27,899 bases of DNA, taken from contig CAZMGA010000009.1 of assembly GCA_964565725.1 (NCBI GenBank), forward strand, positions 1 to 27,899. Direction: 5' to 3'. The notes under the pieces are model-generated. The model made no database searches. It worked only from the letters and a program-made list of their open reading frames with translations, and was not told the origin of the DNA. Shown one piece after another: positions 15,858-24,227 of this stretch (position 1 is its first letter; each line of letters starts with the position of its first letter). This DNA is from an uncultured archaeon. GTDB taxonomy: Archaea; Iainarchaeota; Iainarchaeia; Iainarchaeales; 0-14-0-20-30-16. The position numbers and the translations under genes were made by a program.

Positions 15858-18127
15858 ATGTTATGATTGAAAATCAACAAGATGTAAATATTGGGGCCTT
15901 ATACAAAGGTATAAAAACAGAAGGTAATAGACAAGAAGATTTAATTAAACCTGAAGATGTTAAGGATCCTAAATATGTAAGTTGGGCAAAATTAGCATAT
16001 AAAAAATTTCCTAACTTTTCTAAAAGTAATTTACATTTAAGCGTTAAAGATGCTGTTTTGTTTTTGGGCTGGAAATTAAAACCAGAAGAATATAATGCAC
16101 TAATAATGACTGTGACAATTTTAGGTTTAGGGGCTTTATTATTTTTAACAATTTTAATTTATATAATATCTACATTTGTTTTAAGTAAATTTACCGATAT
16201 TAAAATTTCTTCTAATTTTATAACTTTAATTTTCTTTTTTGTTTTTGGAATAATTTTGCTTTTTGTAATTTTACATTTGAAAAATTATCCTAAAATTGAG
16301 GCTGAAAAAGAACAAAGAAAATCTTTAGCTTATTTGCCAGCAATGGTAGGCTATATGACTATGTATTTAAAATTAGTACCTAATTTAGAAAGAGCAGTAA
16401 TATTTGCTGCAAAACAAGGAGAAGGACATTTGGCAAATGATTTTCGTAAAATATTGTGGGATACTAATTTAGGACTTTATTCTAGTATTTCTGAAGGTTT
16501 AGATTATTTATCATATAAATGGGAAAAATATAGTAAAGATTTTAAAGAAGCAGTAATGATGATAAAATCTGCAATGGTGGAAGATGGAGATGCAAGAAGA
16601 GCTGAACTTCTAGATAAATCTTCTGAAAATTTATTGAGTTCTATTAAGTTAAAAATGGAAACTTATGCAAGAGGATTATCACAACCATCTTTGGTGTTAT
16701 TTTATATTGGTGTGTTATTGCCTTTGTTATTAGTAATAATTTTACCTATTGGTTCTGTATTTGCAAAATTGCCTTTTGCAAACCCATGGATTTTAGCATT
16801 ACTTTATGATGTTGCAATACCTGTTTTTGTATTTTTATATGGTAAAAAAATATCTAGAACTGTACCATTATTATATAAACCTCCAGTAATTTCTGATGAT
16901 TATAAAGGTTTACCAAAAAAAAATCATTTTAGAATTGGAAAATTAGAAGTTAATTTATATGTTTTTTTAGGCCTTATTTTTATTATTGGTTTGGCTATTT
17001 TAATTTTTGCACATATTCAATTTGGTAATACTATAGAAAATGTAATGATAAAAGAACAATTTGCACAACAATACATAGATAATCCTGATTCGTATTTTGA
17101 GATGTTGGCAAATAATTATATTAGTTCTGCAAACTTAAAAGTTGCAGAAGGTTCTGCAAGATATAAAGAAATTGTAGCATCACAAAAATTAATGTTTTCT
17201 TTACAACCAGAGCATGATACCACCCCCTATATTATATTATATGGTTTAGCAATATTATCTGCAATAATAATTTTTTTGTGGGGTTATTTTAGCTCGAAAT
17301 ATAAATTAAAAATTCAAAAATATTATATGGATATGGAAGAAAATTTTAGAGAAGTATTGTATATTTTAGCGTCACGTTTAAGTGAAGGTAAACCAATGGA
17401 AACTGCTTTGAGAGAAACAAAAGAATTTTTTCCAAATTTAGTAATTTCTCAAGATTTTTTAGCTAAAACATTAGATAATATAAATTTGTTAAGTATGCCT
17501 TTAGATCAAGCTTTATTTGATCCTATGTTTGGATCTTTAAAAAATAATCCATCTTTATTAATTAAAAATAATATGAAAATTATAGCTGATTCTTCATCAT
17601 TAGGCGTATCAACAGTTTCAAAAACAATTTTATCTATTTCAATGCAATTAAAAAATATTGAAGATATTAGATTAACTGTGCAAAAGTTAACTGATGATGT
17701 TAGACAAATGATGACTACCATGGCATCAATTATTGCTCCAGCTGTTTTAGGAATGGTTTCAGCAATACAAAAAGTAGTAATATTAACTTTAAGTTCTATG
17801 GGCTCTAGTGGTGGTTTAACATCTTCTAGTAGTACTTCTGATTTAATAAAAAGTTCTACTGCAAATAGTGGTTTGAAAGGTATTGATCCTTCTGCTTTGA
17901 TGAGTTCTATAGATACGTCTTCAATAGGGTCTATGGCTACTCCATTTCAATTTAATATAATATTATTAATTGATTTAATTTTAATTGTTTTTGGATTAAT
18001 TTATTTTATTAGTAAGGTTCAATCAGATAGTGATATTGATTTAAAAATTAATATTTATAAATTATTGCCTATTGCAATTATTGTTTTTGTATTATCATCT
18101 GCTGGGGCATCTATATTGTTAGGGTGA
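15854..18127 (+). CDS. Polytopic membrane platform protein of the type IV pilus/archaellum machinery (FlaJ/ArlJ-TadC-like, two T2SS-F-like repeats)
   Basis: 757 aa. Two helical cytoplasmic modules are each followed by TM helices: LPAMVGYMTMYLKLVPNLERAVIFAAKQGEGHLANDF... and FREVLYILASRLSEGKPMETALRE.... A Ser/Thr/Gly-rich segment GSSGGLTSSSSTSD is present. It overlaps the ATPase stop by 4 nt. An in-frame ATG at 15863 is an alternative start. Confidence 0.7.
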   Translation: MNVMIENQQDVNIGALYKGIKTEGNRQEDLIKPEDVKDPKYVSWAKLAYKKFPNFSKSNLHLSVKDAVLFLGWKLKPEEYNALIMTVTILGLGALLFLTILIYIISTFVLSKFTDIKISSNFITLIFFFVFGIILLFVILHLKNYPKIEAEKEQRKSLAYLPAMVGYMTMYLKLVPNLERAVIFAAKQGEGHLANDFRKILWDTNLGLYSSISEGLDYLSYKWEKYSKDFKEAVMMIKSAMVEDGDARRAELLDKSSENLLSSIKLKMETYARGLSQPSLVLFYIGVLLPLLLVIILPIGSVFAKLPFANPWILALLYDVAIPVFVFLYGKKISRTVPLLYKPPVISDDYKGLPKKNHFRIGKLEVNLYVFLGLIFIIGLAILIFAHIQFGNTIENVMIKEQFAQQYIDNPDSYFEMLANNYISSANLKVAEGSARYKEIVASQKLMFSLQPEHDTTPYIILYGLAILSAIIIFLWGYFSSKYKLKIQKYYMDMEENFREVLYILASRLSEGKPMETALRETKEFFPNLVISQDFLAKTLDNINLLSMPLDQALFDPMFGSLKNNPSLLIKNNMKIIADSSSLGVSTVSKTILSISMQLKNIEDIRLTVQKLTDDVRQMMTTMASIIAPAVLGMVSAIQKVVILTLSSMGSSGGLTSSSSTSDLIKSSTANSGLKGIDPSALMSSIDTSSIGSMATPFQFNIILLIDLILIVFGLIYFISKVQSDSDIDLKINIYKLLPIAIIVFVLSSAGASILLG

Positions 18128-18131
18128 AATT
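18121..18131 (+). promoter_or_regulatory. Coupling junction AGGGTGAAATT (a GGTGA SD-like element containing the upstream TGA stop)
   Basis: The stop TGA of the platform gene (18125-18127) sits inside GGTGA. After 4 nt comes the TTG start of the pilin-like gene. The identical 11-mer recurs at 18578-18588. Confidence 0.55.
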
Positions 18132-18584
18132 TTGTATAACAATAAAGGACAGGCAGGAAGTGTTTTTAAATTATTAATTGGAGCAGTAGTTGGTGTAGGA
18201 ATAATAGGAATAATTATTTCAATTATTATGATTGTAGACGATCAAAAAACATATTTAGTTTCACAAGCATTTCAATCTAAAATTGAAATGGCTATTAAAA
18301 ATCCAACAGGTCAAGAATATTATATAAACGATTATTCTTTTGAAAAAAGTAATGTTTTGGTACCTTTAGCTTTAGCTGAAAAAACAGGTTTAAATGCATC
18401 AAGTATTGAATTAAAAATAGATGAAAAATTATCAAGCAATTCATCAATTAAATTAGAAAATGGTATGATTTATTTTTTAAAAAAAATAATTGTAGATATA
18501 GGGGTTATTTGTACTTTAAAAGATAATACAGTTTCTTGTACTATAACAATTTATGATAGAGGTTGCGAAAAATGCAAAGGGTGA
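18132..18584 (+). CDS. Type IV pilin-like protein (class III signal peptide candidate)
   Basis: 150 aa. The N-terminus MYNNKG/QAGSVFKLLIGAVVGVGIIGIIISIIMIV has a basic residue plus Gly followed by a long hydrophobic helix, as in archaeal prepilins cleaved after KG. The gene lies immediately downstream of the ATPase and platform genes. TTG start with a GGTGA SD. The C-terminal 30 aa contain 4 Cys. Confidence 0.6.
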   Translation: MYNNKGQAGSVFKLLIGAVVGVGIIGIIISIIMIVDDQKTYLVSQAFQSKIEMAIKNPTGQEYYINDYSFEKSNVLVPLALAEKTGLNASSIELKIDEKLSSNSSIKLENGMIYFLKKIIVDIGVICTLKDNTVSCTITIYDRGCEKCKG

Positions 18585-18588
18585 AATT
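18578..18588 (+). promoter_or_regulatory. Second copy of the coupling junction AGGGTGAAATT
   Basis: The stop TGA of the pilin-like gene (18582-18584) sits inside GGTGA. After 4 nt comes the ATG at 18589. Confidence 0.55.
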
Positions 18589-19008
18589 ATGGATATAGAA
18601 GTTAGTTGTATTGTAAATATTAATAATAATATTGCGCTTATAAAAACAGAATCTGGTTATTTATTGCCAAATAAAAAATTAGAGGATTCAGAATTATTAA
18701 AAGAGGCTGTAATTAAAGCAGTTAAAGAAGAAACAAATTTAGATGTTATTCCTAACGCTATGTTTGGAGTTTATGATAATATAGATAGACGAGATAAAAG
18801 AGTTTTAGGCATATTTTATATTACTCATTTAGATATAAGTAATGAGGATGCAGAAAATATTGTAAAAAATTCAAAAAATAAAGTTGTCTTTTTGCCAATT
18901 ATTGATATAGTTAAAGAAAAATTTTGTTATGATCATGGTTTAGTTTTAAATAATTATTTTAGATTATTAATGTTAGGTTCACAAAGTTTTTCTAACAAGA
19001 AGAATTAA
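18589..19008 (+). CDS. Divergent NUDIX-family hydrolase
   Basis: About 139 aa from the ATG at 18589; the track's 18553 start lacks an SD and overlaps the pilin gene. The Nudix-box-like segment is LPNKKLEDSELLKEAVIKAVKEETNLDV. Against GX5EX7REUXEEXGU, the EE pair is kept but RE becomes KA and G becomes N. Confidence 0.55.
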   Translation: MDIEVSCIVNINNNIALIKTESGYLLPNKKLEDSELLKEAVIKAVKEETNLDVIPNAMFGVYDNIDRRDKRVLGIFYITHLDISNEDAENIVKNSKNKVVFLPIIDIVKEKFCYDHGLVLNNYFRLLMLGSQSFSNKKN

Positions 19009-19649
19009 AATAATTTTTTTTGTTTTTCTTTATTTTTTAAATCAATATATGTTTGCCAACTTTTTCTTATAAAATTAGGTGCTAATTTTTCTAATTTAGT
19101 TATAGCTTTTATTGTTATTTCATCTCCAGGATACCCTGAACCCAAATCAAAATTTAATTCTTTAGACATTTTGGCTATATAATTATCTCTATCTACTTTT
19201 GCTAAAATAGATGCTGCAGAAACTATTGGATATTTATCATCAGCTTTATGCTCGGCAATAATTTCTGTATCAAAATCTAAATATGCATATAAAGAATTTT
19301 TATATCTGGATGTATTTAAATCAGGGCAATCTACAAATACTTTTTCAGGTTTGGTTTTCAAATCATTTAATAATTTTGCAGATGTTTTTAATTCTATTAA
19401 ATTTAAAGAATCCTTTTTTCTTAATTCGTCAATTTCATTTGCATCTAACTTATAAATTAAATATTCGTTAACTATTTTTTTAATTTGAGGATATAATTTT
19501 TCTCTTATTTCTTTTGTTAATTGTTTAGAATCTTTTACGCCTAAATCTTTTAATTGTTCTTCTTTTGTAATTTCAATAGTTGTTATTGCCAAAGTCATAG
19601 GTCCTAAAACTGGGCCTCTACCTGCCTCATCAATTCCTGCAATTAACAT
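19005..19649 (-). CDS. rnhB: Ribonuclease HII
   Basis: 214 aa. Matching strings: IAGIDEAGRGPVLGPM, VKDSKQLT, AEHKADDKYPIVSAASILAKV. The start directly abuts the stop of the upstream MarC-family gene. Confidence 0.92.
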   Translation of the reverse strand: MLIAGIDEAGRGPVLGPMTLAITTIEITKEEQLKDLGVKDSKQLTKEIREKLYPQIKKIVNEYLIYKLDANEIDELRKKDSLNLIELKTSAKLLNDLKTKPEKVFVDCPDLNTSRYKNSLYAYLDFDTEIIAEHKADDKYPIVSAASILAKVDRDNYIAKMSKELNFDLGSGYPGDEITIKAITKLEKLAPNFIRKSWQTYIDLKNKEKQKKLF

Positions 19650-20237
19650 TTAAATCCCAAAACCTGCTTTTATATAAATTACACCATATGTTAGAGTTAA
19701 CATTCCTAATAAAGTGGTAATTATTTGAATTGCATTTTGACCTAAAAAACCAATTATTTTTGGTGAAAATCTTAACAACAAGTAAGTTAATAAAAACACA
19801 ATAATTAATGCAAAGCCTGTTGTTACAATTCCAAAATTTGTTGTAGAAACAATAATTGTGGTAATTGTTGCAGGTCCAGTTAATAATGGAGTTCCTATTA
19901 CTGAGGCTATAGCTCTTGCATTTTCTTTAGAATATTCTTTTTCAGTATTTTTATTGGAGGATCTACCTAAAACCATTTGAATTCCTAATAGGCCTAATAT
20001 AACTCCACCACCAATTTGAAAACTTTTCAAATCTACTTGCATAACTTTTAAAACACCTTCTCCAAAAAATAAAAATAATGCTGACAAAACAATTGCGATA
20101 GAAATTGCAATTAAAGCTATTTTATTTCTTTCTTCACTTTTTAATTTTTGAGTTGCAGTATAGAAAATACCTGTGCTCATTAAGGGATCTACAATCACTA
20201 ATAACAATATTACAAGTTCAATTAAATGTTCAAACAA
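19650..20237 (-). CDS. MarC family (UPF0056) integral membrane protein
   Basis: 195 aa with about 6 TM helices. N-terminal VIVDPLMSTGIFY resembles the family motif nPig..piF. FQIGGGVILGLLGIQMVLG resembles F.iAGGiiL....M. Confidence 0.75.
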   Translation of the reverse strand: MFEHLIELVILLLVIVDPLMSTGIFYTATQKLKSEERNKIALIAISIAIVLSALFLFFGEGVLKVMQVDLKSFQIGGGVILGLLGIQMVLGRSSNKNTEKEYSKENARAIASVIGTPLLTGPATITTIIVSTTNFGIVTTGFALIIVFLLTYLLLRFSPKIIGFLGQNAIQIITTLLGMLTLTYGVIYIKAGFGI

Positions 20238-20304
20238 ATTAACACCCCTAAGATAATATATTAAATATATTTATTTTTTTATGTAAAAATATTAAAAAAT
20301 CTAT

Positions 20305-20343
20305 AAAAAAAGTTAAAACTTATTTAAAATAAGTATGTTTAAC
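20305..20343 (-). terminator. Hairpin plus T7 run downstream of tRNA-Asn
   Basis: The minus strand reads GTTAAA-CAT-ACTTATTT-T-AAATAAGT-TTTAAC followed by TTTTTTT. Oligo-T is the usual archaeal termination signal. The hairpin's role is uncertain. Confidence 0.4.
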
Positions 20344-20371
20344 ATGCGTTTAAGCAAACTATGAATTCTAA

Positions 20372-20443
20372 CGTCCCGTGCAGGATTCGAACCTGCGACC
20401 TCCCGATTAACAGTCGGACGCACCACCGCTGTGCTAACGGGAC
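20372..20443 (-). tRNA. tRNA-Asn (anticodon GTT)
   Basis: Minus strand: GUCCCGU UA GCAC AGCGGUG GUGC G UCCGA CUGUUAA UCGGG AGGUC GCAGG UUCGAAU CCUGC ACGGGAC G. All stems pair. The anticodon loop is CU-GUU-AA. Confidence 0.93.
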
Positions 20444-20561
20444 TAATATTTATTAACTTATAATTTATAGTATATAAAAGTTAGATTTAAAATCCTTATT
20501 TATATAATTTGTAGGGAAATATTTATATATTTATAGATGATATTTTATATGGTGTGATTTT

Positions 20562-21059
20562 ATGTCTAAAATATTTGCAGTATTTTTTGTATTGATATTA
20601 TGTGGAGCTATTTTTTACATTTATAATTTAAATACTTCTAATGTAGGCGTACAAATTGATAAATTGAAAGTTAAATATACTATAGGTTATGATGCATCTC
20701 CTGAAAAAATATTATTATTTTCAGAAGATTTGTCTAATTTATCTAAAACAAAAACAGATTTAGATAAAAAAAGATTAGAATTTGAATCAAAATTGTGGTC
20801 TGGAATCGGCTATGGTAAAGAAATATCTACTTTATTTATTGAGAAAAAAAATCTTACCGATAATTGTGATGATTTAATAAAAGATGCGAAACAAAAAATT
20901 GTTTTGGGTAAAGAAAATATTGAATCTGCAAAAAAAGAATTTTTAATTGTAAAAGACTTATATAATAATGTAGAACAAGAAGAAATAACAGCTAAAATAG
21001 ATAACGTGATTTATTCTTTAGCTATTAGTGAAGATTTGGCATATATAAATTGTCCATAA
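20562..21059 (+). CDS. Hypothetical membrane-anchored or secreted protein
   Basis: 165 aa. N-terminal hydrophobic helix IFAVFFVLILCGAIFYIY, with the rest Lys/Glu-rich and probably helical. GGTGTGA precedes the ATG. No family recognised. Confidence 0.55.
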   Translation: MSKIFAVFFVLILCGAIFYIYNLNTSNVGVQIDKLKVKYTIGYDASPEKILLFSEDLSNLSKTKTDLDKKRLEFESKLWSGIGYGKEISTLFIEKKNLTDNCDDLIKDAKQKIVLGKENIESAKKEFLIVKDLYNNVEQEEITAKIDNVIYSLAISEDLAYINCP

Positions 21060-21069
21060 ACTGATTTTA

Positions 21070-21666
21070 ATGTATCAAATAATAAAAAATTTGGCAGAAG
21101 GTGCTGAAGCAAAAATCTTTTTAATAAATTATTTAAATTCAGAATACATTCTTAAAGAAAGAATCTCTAAAAATTATAGAATACAAAAATTAAATGATTT
21201 AATTTTAAAATCCAGAACAAAAAAAGAAGTAAAAATAATTGATAAATTAAAAAATATTGTCAACGTTCCAAAAATAATTTATTTTGATAATACAAAAATA
21301 ATAATGGAATATTTAAAACATAAAGAATTAAAACAATATATTTCTAAAAACCCAGAACTAATTAAAAAATTGGCCAAAGAAGTAATTAAAATGCATAATA
21401 ATGATGTAATACATGGTGATTTAACTCTTTGTAATTTGTTGTATGATGAAATAAATAATAAAATTTATTTTATAGATTTTGGGTTATCTTTTGTTTCTGC
21501 AAAAATTGAAGATAAAGCTATGGATTTGGAAGTATTTAAAGAAATTATACTTGCTGATTTTTCTGAAGATTATTGGAATATTTTTAAAGAAGAATATTCT
21601 AAGGATAATAAACAAATAATTAATCAATTAGAAAAAATAGAAAAAAGAAAAAAATATTTAGGATAG
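21070..21666 (+). CDS. bud32: Bud32/PRPK-type atypical small protein kinase (KEOPS subunit)
   Basis: 198 aa. Glycine-loop-like GAEAKIF, catalytic HGDLTLCNLL, metal-binding IDFGLS, and C-terminal DLEVF. The size is typical of Bud32. Confidence 0.85.
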   Translation: MYQIIKNLAEGAEAKIFLINYLNSEYILKERISKNYRIQKLNDLILKSRTKKEVKIIDKLKNIVNVPKIIYFDNTKIIMEYLKHKELKQYISKNPELIKKLAKEVIKMHNNDVIHGDLTLCNLLYDEINNKIYFIDFGLSFVSAKIEDKAMDLEVFKEIILADFSEDYWNIFKEEYSKDNKQIINQLEKIEKRKKYLG

Positions 21667-21695
21667 ATATATAAATATAATTTATTGTATTTATT

Positions 21696-23438
21696 GTGGA
21701 CAAATTAAAATATGTTTTATTTTTATTTTTAATATTTATTTTATCTTTTTCGTTAGTTGATGGAAAATCTTATTCTTTAAATAAAGCGAATATAGAAATG
21801 TATATTTTAGATAATGGTAGTATTAATGTATCTGAAGAAATAACTTTCAATTTTGATGGTGATTTTACATTTGCATATAGAGATATTCCTAAAGGTTATT
21901 GGAACATATCTAATATTTCAGTTTATGAAGGAAATAATAATATAAAAACCGAAATATTAAATGAAAGTAATAATATAAGAATAAAGTGGTATTTTAATGC
22001 ATATAATGAATCAAAAACATTTACAATAAAATATAATTTAACTAATGCTATAACAAAATATCAAGATATATCTGAATTAAATTGGAAGATTTGGGGTTCT
22101 GAATGGGATCATTCTTTAAAAGAAATATTTGCAACAATATATTTGCCTTCTAATGTTTCTGACCCCAAAGAAGTTTATACTTTTGGACATCCTGCTTTAA
22201 AAAACAGTAAAATAGGAATGATAAATAATAACAAAATAATTTTACAAGCATTTAATATAAATGCAAATCAATTTGTGGAATTAAGATTATTATTTCCAAA
22301 TTATTTATTAACTTCAAATAATTATGCTAATATTAAAAATGAATTGGGTTTACAAAAAATTATAGATGAAGAAAAAAATTATGGAAAAATAAATTGGCTT
22401 TTGTTTTTTATTATTTGTATAATATATGGATTAAGTATTTTTTTCATTTGGTTTTATTTGTGTAAATCTGAAAAAGTAGATTTTCAAGATGTTTATTTAA
22501 GAGATACACCTTATAATTACAGTCCAGGGGTTGCTAGTTATGTTATAACTATGGGTTTTCCTACTAATAGTATTTCAGCAGAGGTTTTAAATTTGTGTTT
22601 AAAAAAGAAAATGCAAATTGAAAAAATACTTAAAAAGAATTTATGGGGTAAAGATGATTATAAATTTATAATTATAAATTCATCAAATACAAATTTGTCT
22701 TCTAGTGAAAAATATATTTTTGATACTATAAAAACTGCTGCAAATTATAGTTATAAAAATTATCTTTTGTTTAAGAAAGAAGTTAAGGATAATACCCCTA
22801 ATGAAATATTATTATCTGAATTTAAAGAGTATTTGAAAAAGAATGAATCAGGAACTACTACTAATTTTTATATTAGCTGGTGTGAATGTATTAGGGAAGA
22901 TGCAAAAAAAGAAGGTTTTAAAATAAATTTTTTAGGTGTAATATTAATTTTTATATTGTCTATGTTATTTTTAATTTTTAATATTTTTATATTAAAATTA
23001 TATTTTTTTATAATACTTATATTTTTTATGAGTCTAATTTTTATTTCAATTAGACCTAAATTAATGAAACCAAATAAAATTTTAAAATTGCATCATTTAA
23101 AATGGGGGGCATTAAAAAAATATTTAAAAGATTTTTCTGATTTTAATAATAAAGAAGTTATGGATATTAAATTATGGGAAAAGTATTTAGTTTATGCTAT
23201 TCCTTTAGATGTTGCTAAAAAAGTTCAAAAAGACATGAAATTAGTATTCGCTAATTATAATGGAAATATAAAATCTAATATTTTTGTAGGGTTTTCAATA
23301 ACAAATATTTCTGACTTTGTAAATATAAGTAATGATTTTAATACTGCTTTTTCTAGTGCTATGGCTACATCTGGATCTTCCGGTTTTTCTGGTGGTGGTG
23401 GCTCTGGTGGAGGCGGTGGAGGCGGTGGCGCCGGATAA
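21696..23438 (+). CDS. DUF2207 domain-containing membrane protein
   Basis: 580 aa. The signal peptide is followed by an extracytoplasmic beta-rich domain, then TM helices and a C-terminal Gly tail GSSGFSGGGGSGGGGGGGGAG characteristic of this family. GTG start. Confidence 0.7.
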   Translation: MDKLKYVLFLFLIFILSFSLVDGKSYSLNKANIEMYILDNGSINVSEEITFNFDGDFTFAYRDIPKGYWNISNISVYEGNNNIKTEILNESNNIRIKWYFNAYNESKTFTIKYNLTNAITKYQDISELNWKIWGSEWDHSLKEIFATIYLPSNVSDPKEVYTFGHPALKNSKIGMINNNKIILQAFNINANQFVELRLLFPNYLLTSNNYANIKNELGLQKIIDEEKNYGKINWLLFFIICIIYGLSIFFIWFYLCKSEKVDFQDVYLRDTPYNYSPGVASYVITMGFPTNSISAEVLNLCLKKKMQIEKILKKNLWGKDDYKFIIINSSNTNLSSSEKYIFDTIKTAANYSYKNYLLFKKEVKDNTPNEILLSEFKEYLKKNESGTTTNFYISWCECIREDAKKEGFKINFLGVILIFILSMLFLIFNIFILKLYFFIILIFFMSLIFISIRPKLMKPNKILKLHHLKWGALKKYLKDFSDFNNKEVMDIKLWEKYLVYAIPLDVAKKVQKDMKLVFANYNGNIKSNIFVGFSITNISDFVNISNDFNTAFSSAMATSGSSGFSGGGGSGGGGGGGGAG

Positions 23439-23509
23439 GTATAAAACCTTTATATACTTTTTGGTTTTAATTATATTATCTAATTTTTATTTTTTTAAGA
23501 GGGGTATGT

Positions 23510-24130
23510 TTGGTTAATAATGATCATAACGAATTAAAGGTTTTAAAAACAGGAACTACAACAGTAGGTTTGAAAACCAATGAATTTGTTATAATTGCTG
23601 CTGATAAACAAAGCACTTTAGGGAATGTAAAAAATTCTATAGTTTGTAAGAAAGTACATCCTATAACAAAAAATGTGGCAATATCTATTGCTGGAAGTGT
23701 AGGGGATGCTTTTCAAATGATTAGAATTTTAAAAATGCAAGCTTCTTTATATGAAAATGAAAGAAATAAAAAAATTAGCGGTAAAGCAGTAGTAACATTA
23801 ACATCTAATATATTAAATTCAAATAGATATTACCCATATATGATTTCTTTTATTGTTGGTGGTTATATTAATTCACCAGAATTATATAGTACTGATGCAG
23901 TAGGTGGTGCTGAAGAAATTGATAATTATACTTCTACAGGTTCTGGTAGTGATTATGCTGTTAGTGTTTTAGATAATAAATATAAAGAAAACTTAACAAA
24001 AGATCAAGCAATTAAATTAGTATGTGAAGCGATAAATGCTTCTAAAAAAAGAGATATTTATACCGGTGGTAAAGGAATAGATTTATTATTTATAGATAAA
24101 AAAGGTATAGAATATCAATATATAGAATAA
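23510..24130 (+). CDS. psmB: Proteasome subunit beta
   Basis: 206 aa. A propeptide ends in LKTG, followed by the active-site TTTVGL. GSGS and other Ntn-hydrolase features are present. TTG start 7 nt after GAGGGG. Confidence 0.9.
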   Translation: MVNNDHNELKVLKTGTTTVGLKTNEFVIIAADKQSTLGNVKNSIVCKKVHPITKNVAISIAGSVGDAFQMIRILKMQASLYENERNKKISGKAVVTLTSNILNSNRYYPYMISFIVGGYINSPELYSTDAVGGAEEIDNYTSTGSGSDYAVSVLDNKYKENLTKDQAIKLVCEAINASKKRDIYTGGKGIDLLFIDKKGIEYQYIE

Positions 24131-24227
24131 AACATTTTTAGAAACAATAAATTAAACTATAAATTATAATTTTTAAATATAATATGATTTTTTAAATGAA
24201 CTAGTTTTCGAATTTTAAGTGATGTAA

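Noticed and set aside
17506-17721. 71-aa minus-strand ORF
   Set aside because: It is antisense inside the platform protein gene.
18553-18588. ATG at 18553 as the NUDIX start (track model)
   Set aside because: It would overlap the pilin gene by 32 nt and has no SD. The ATG at 18589 follows the conserved AGGGTGAAATT coupling junction.
19283-19471. 62-aa plus-strand ORF
   Set aside because: It is antisense inside rnhB.
23391-23432. Sharp GC-rich island (ggtggtggtggctctggtggaggcggtggaggcggtggcgcc) that might have been an RNA gene or foreign insert
   Set aside because: It is fully explained as the Gly/Ser tail codons of the DUF2207 protein, a hallmark of that family.
23332-23517. 61-aa plus-strand ORF overlapping the DUF2207 3' end
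   Set aside because: It is an alternative frame of the Gly-codon run (GGT/GGC read as Val/Ala/Leu) and has no independent support.
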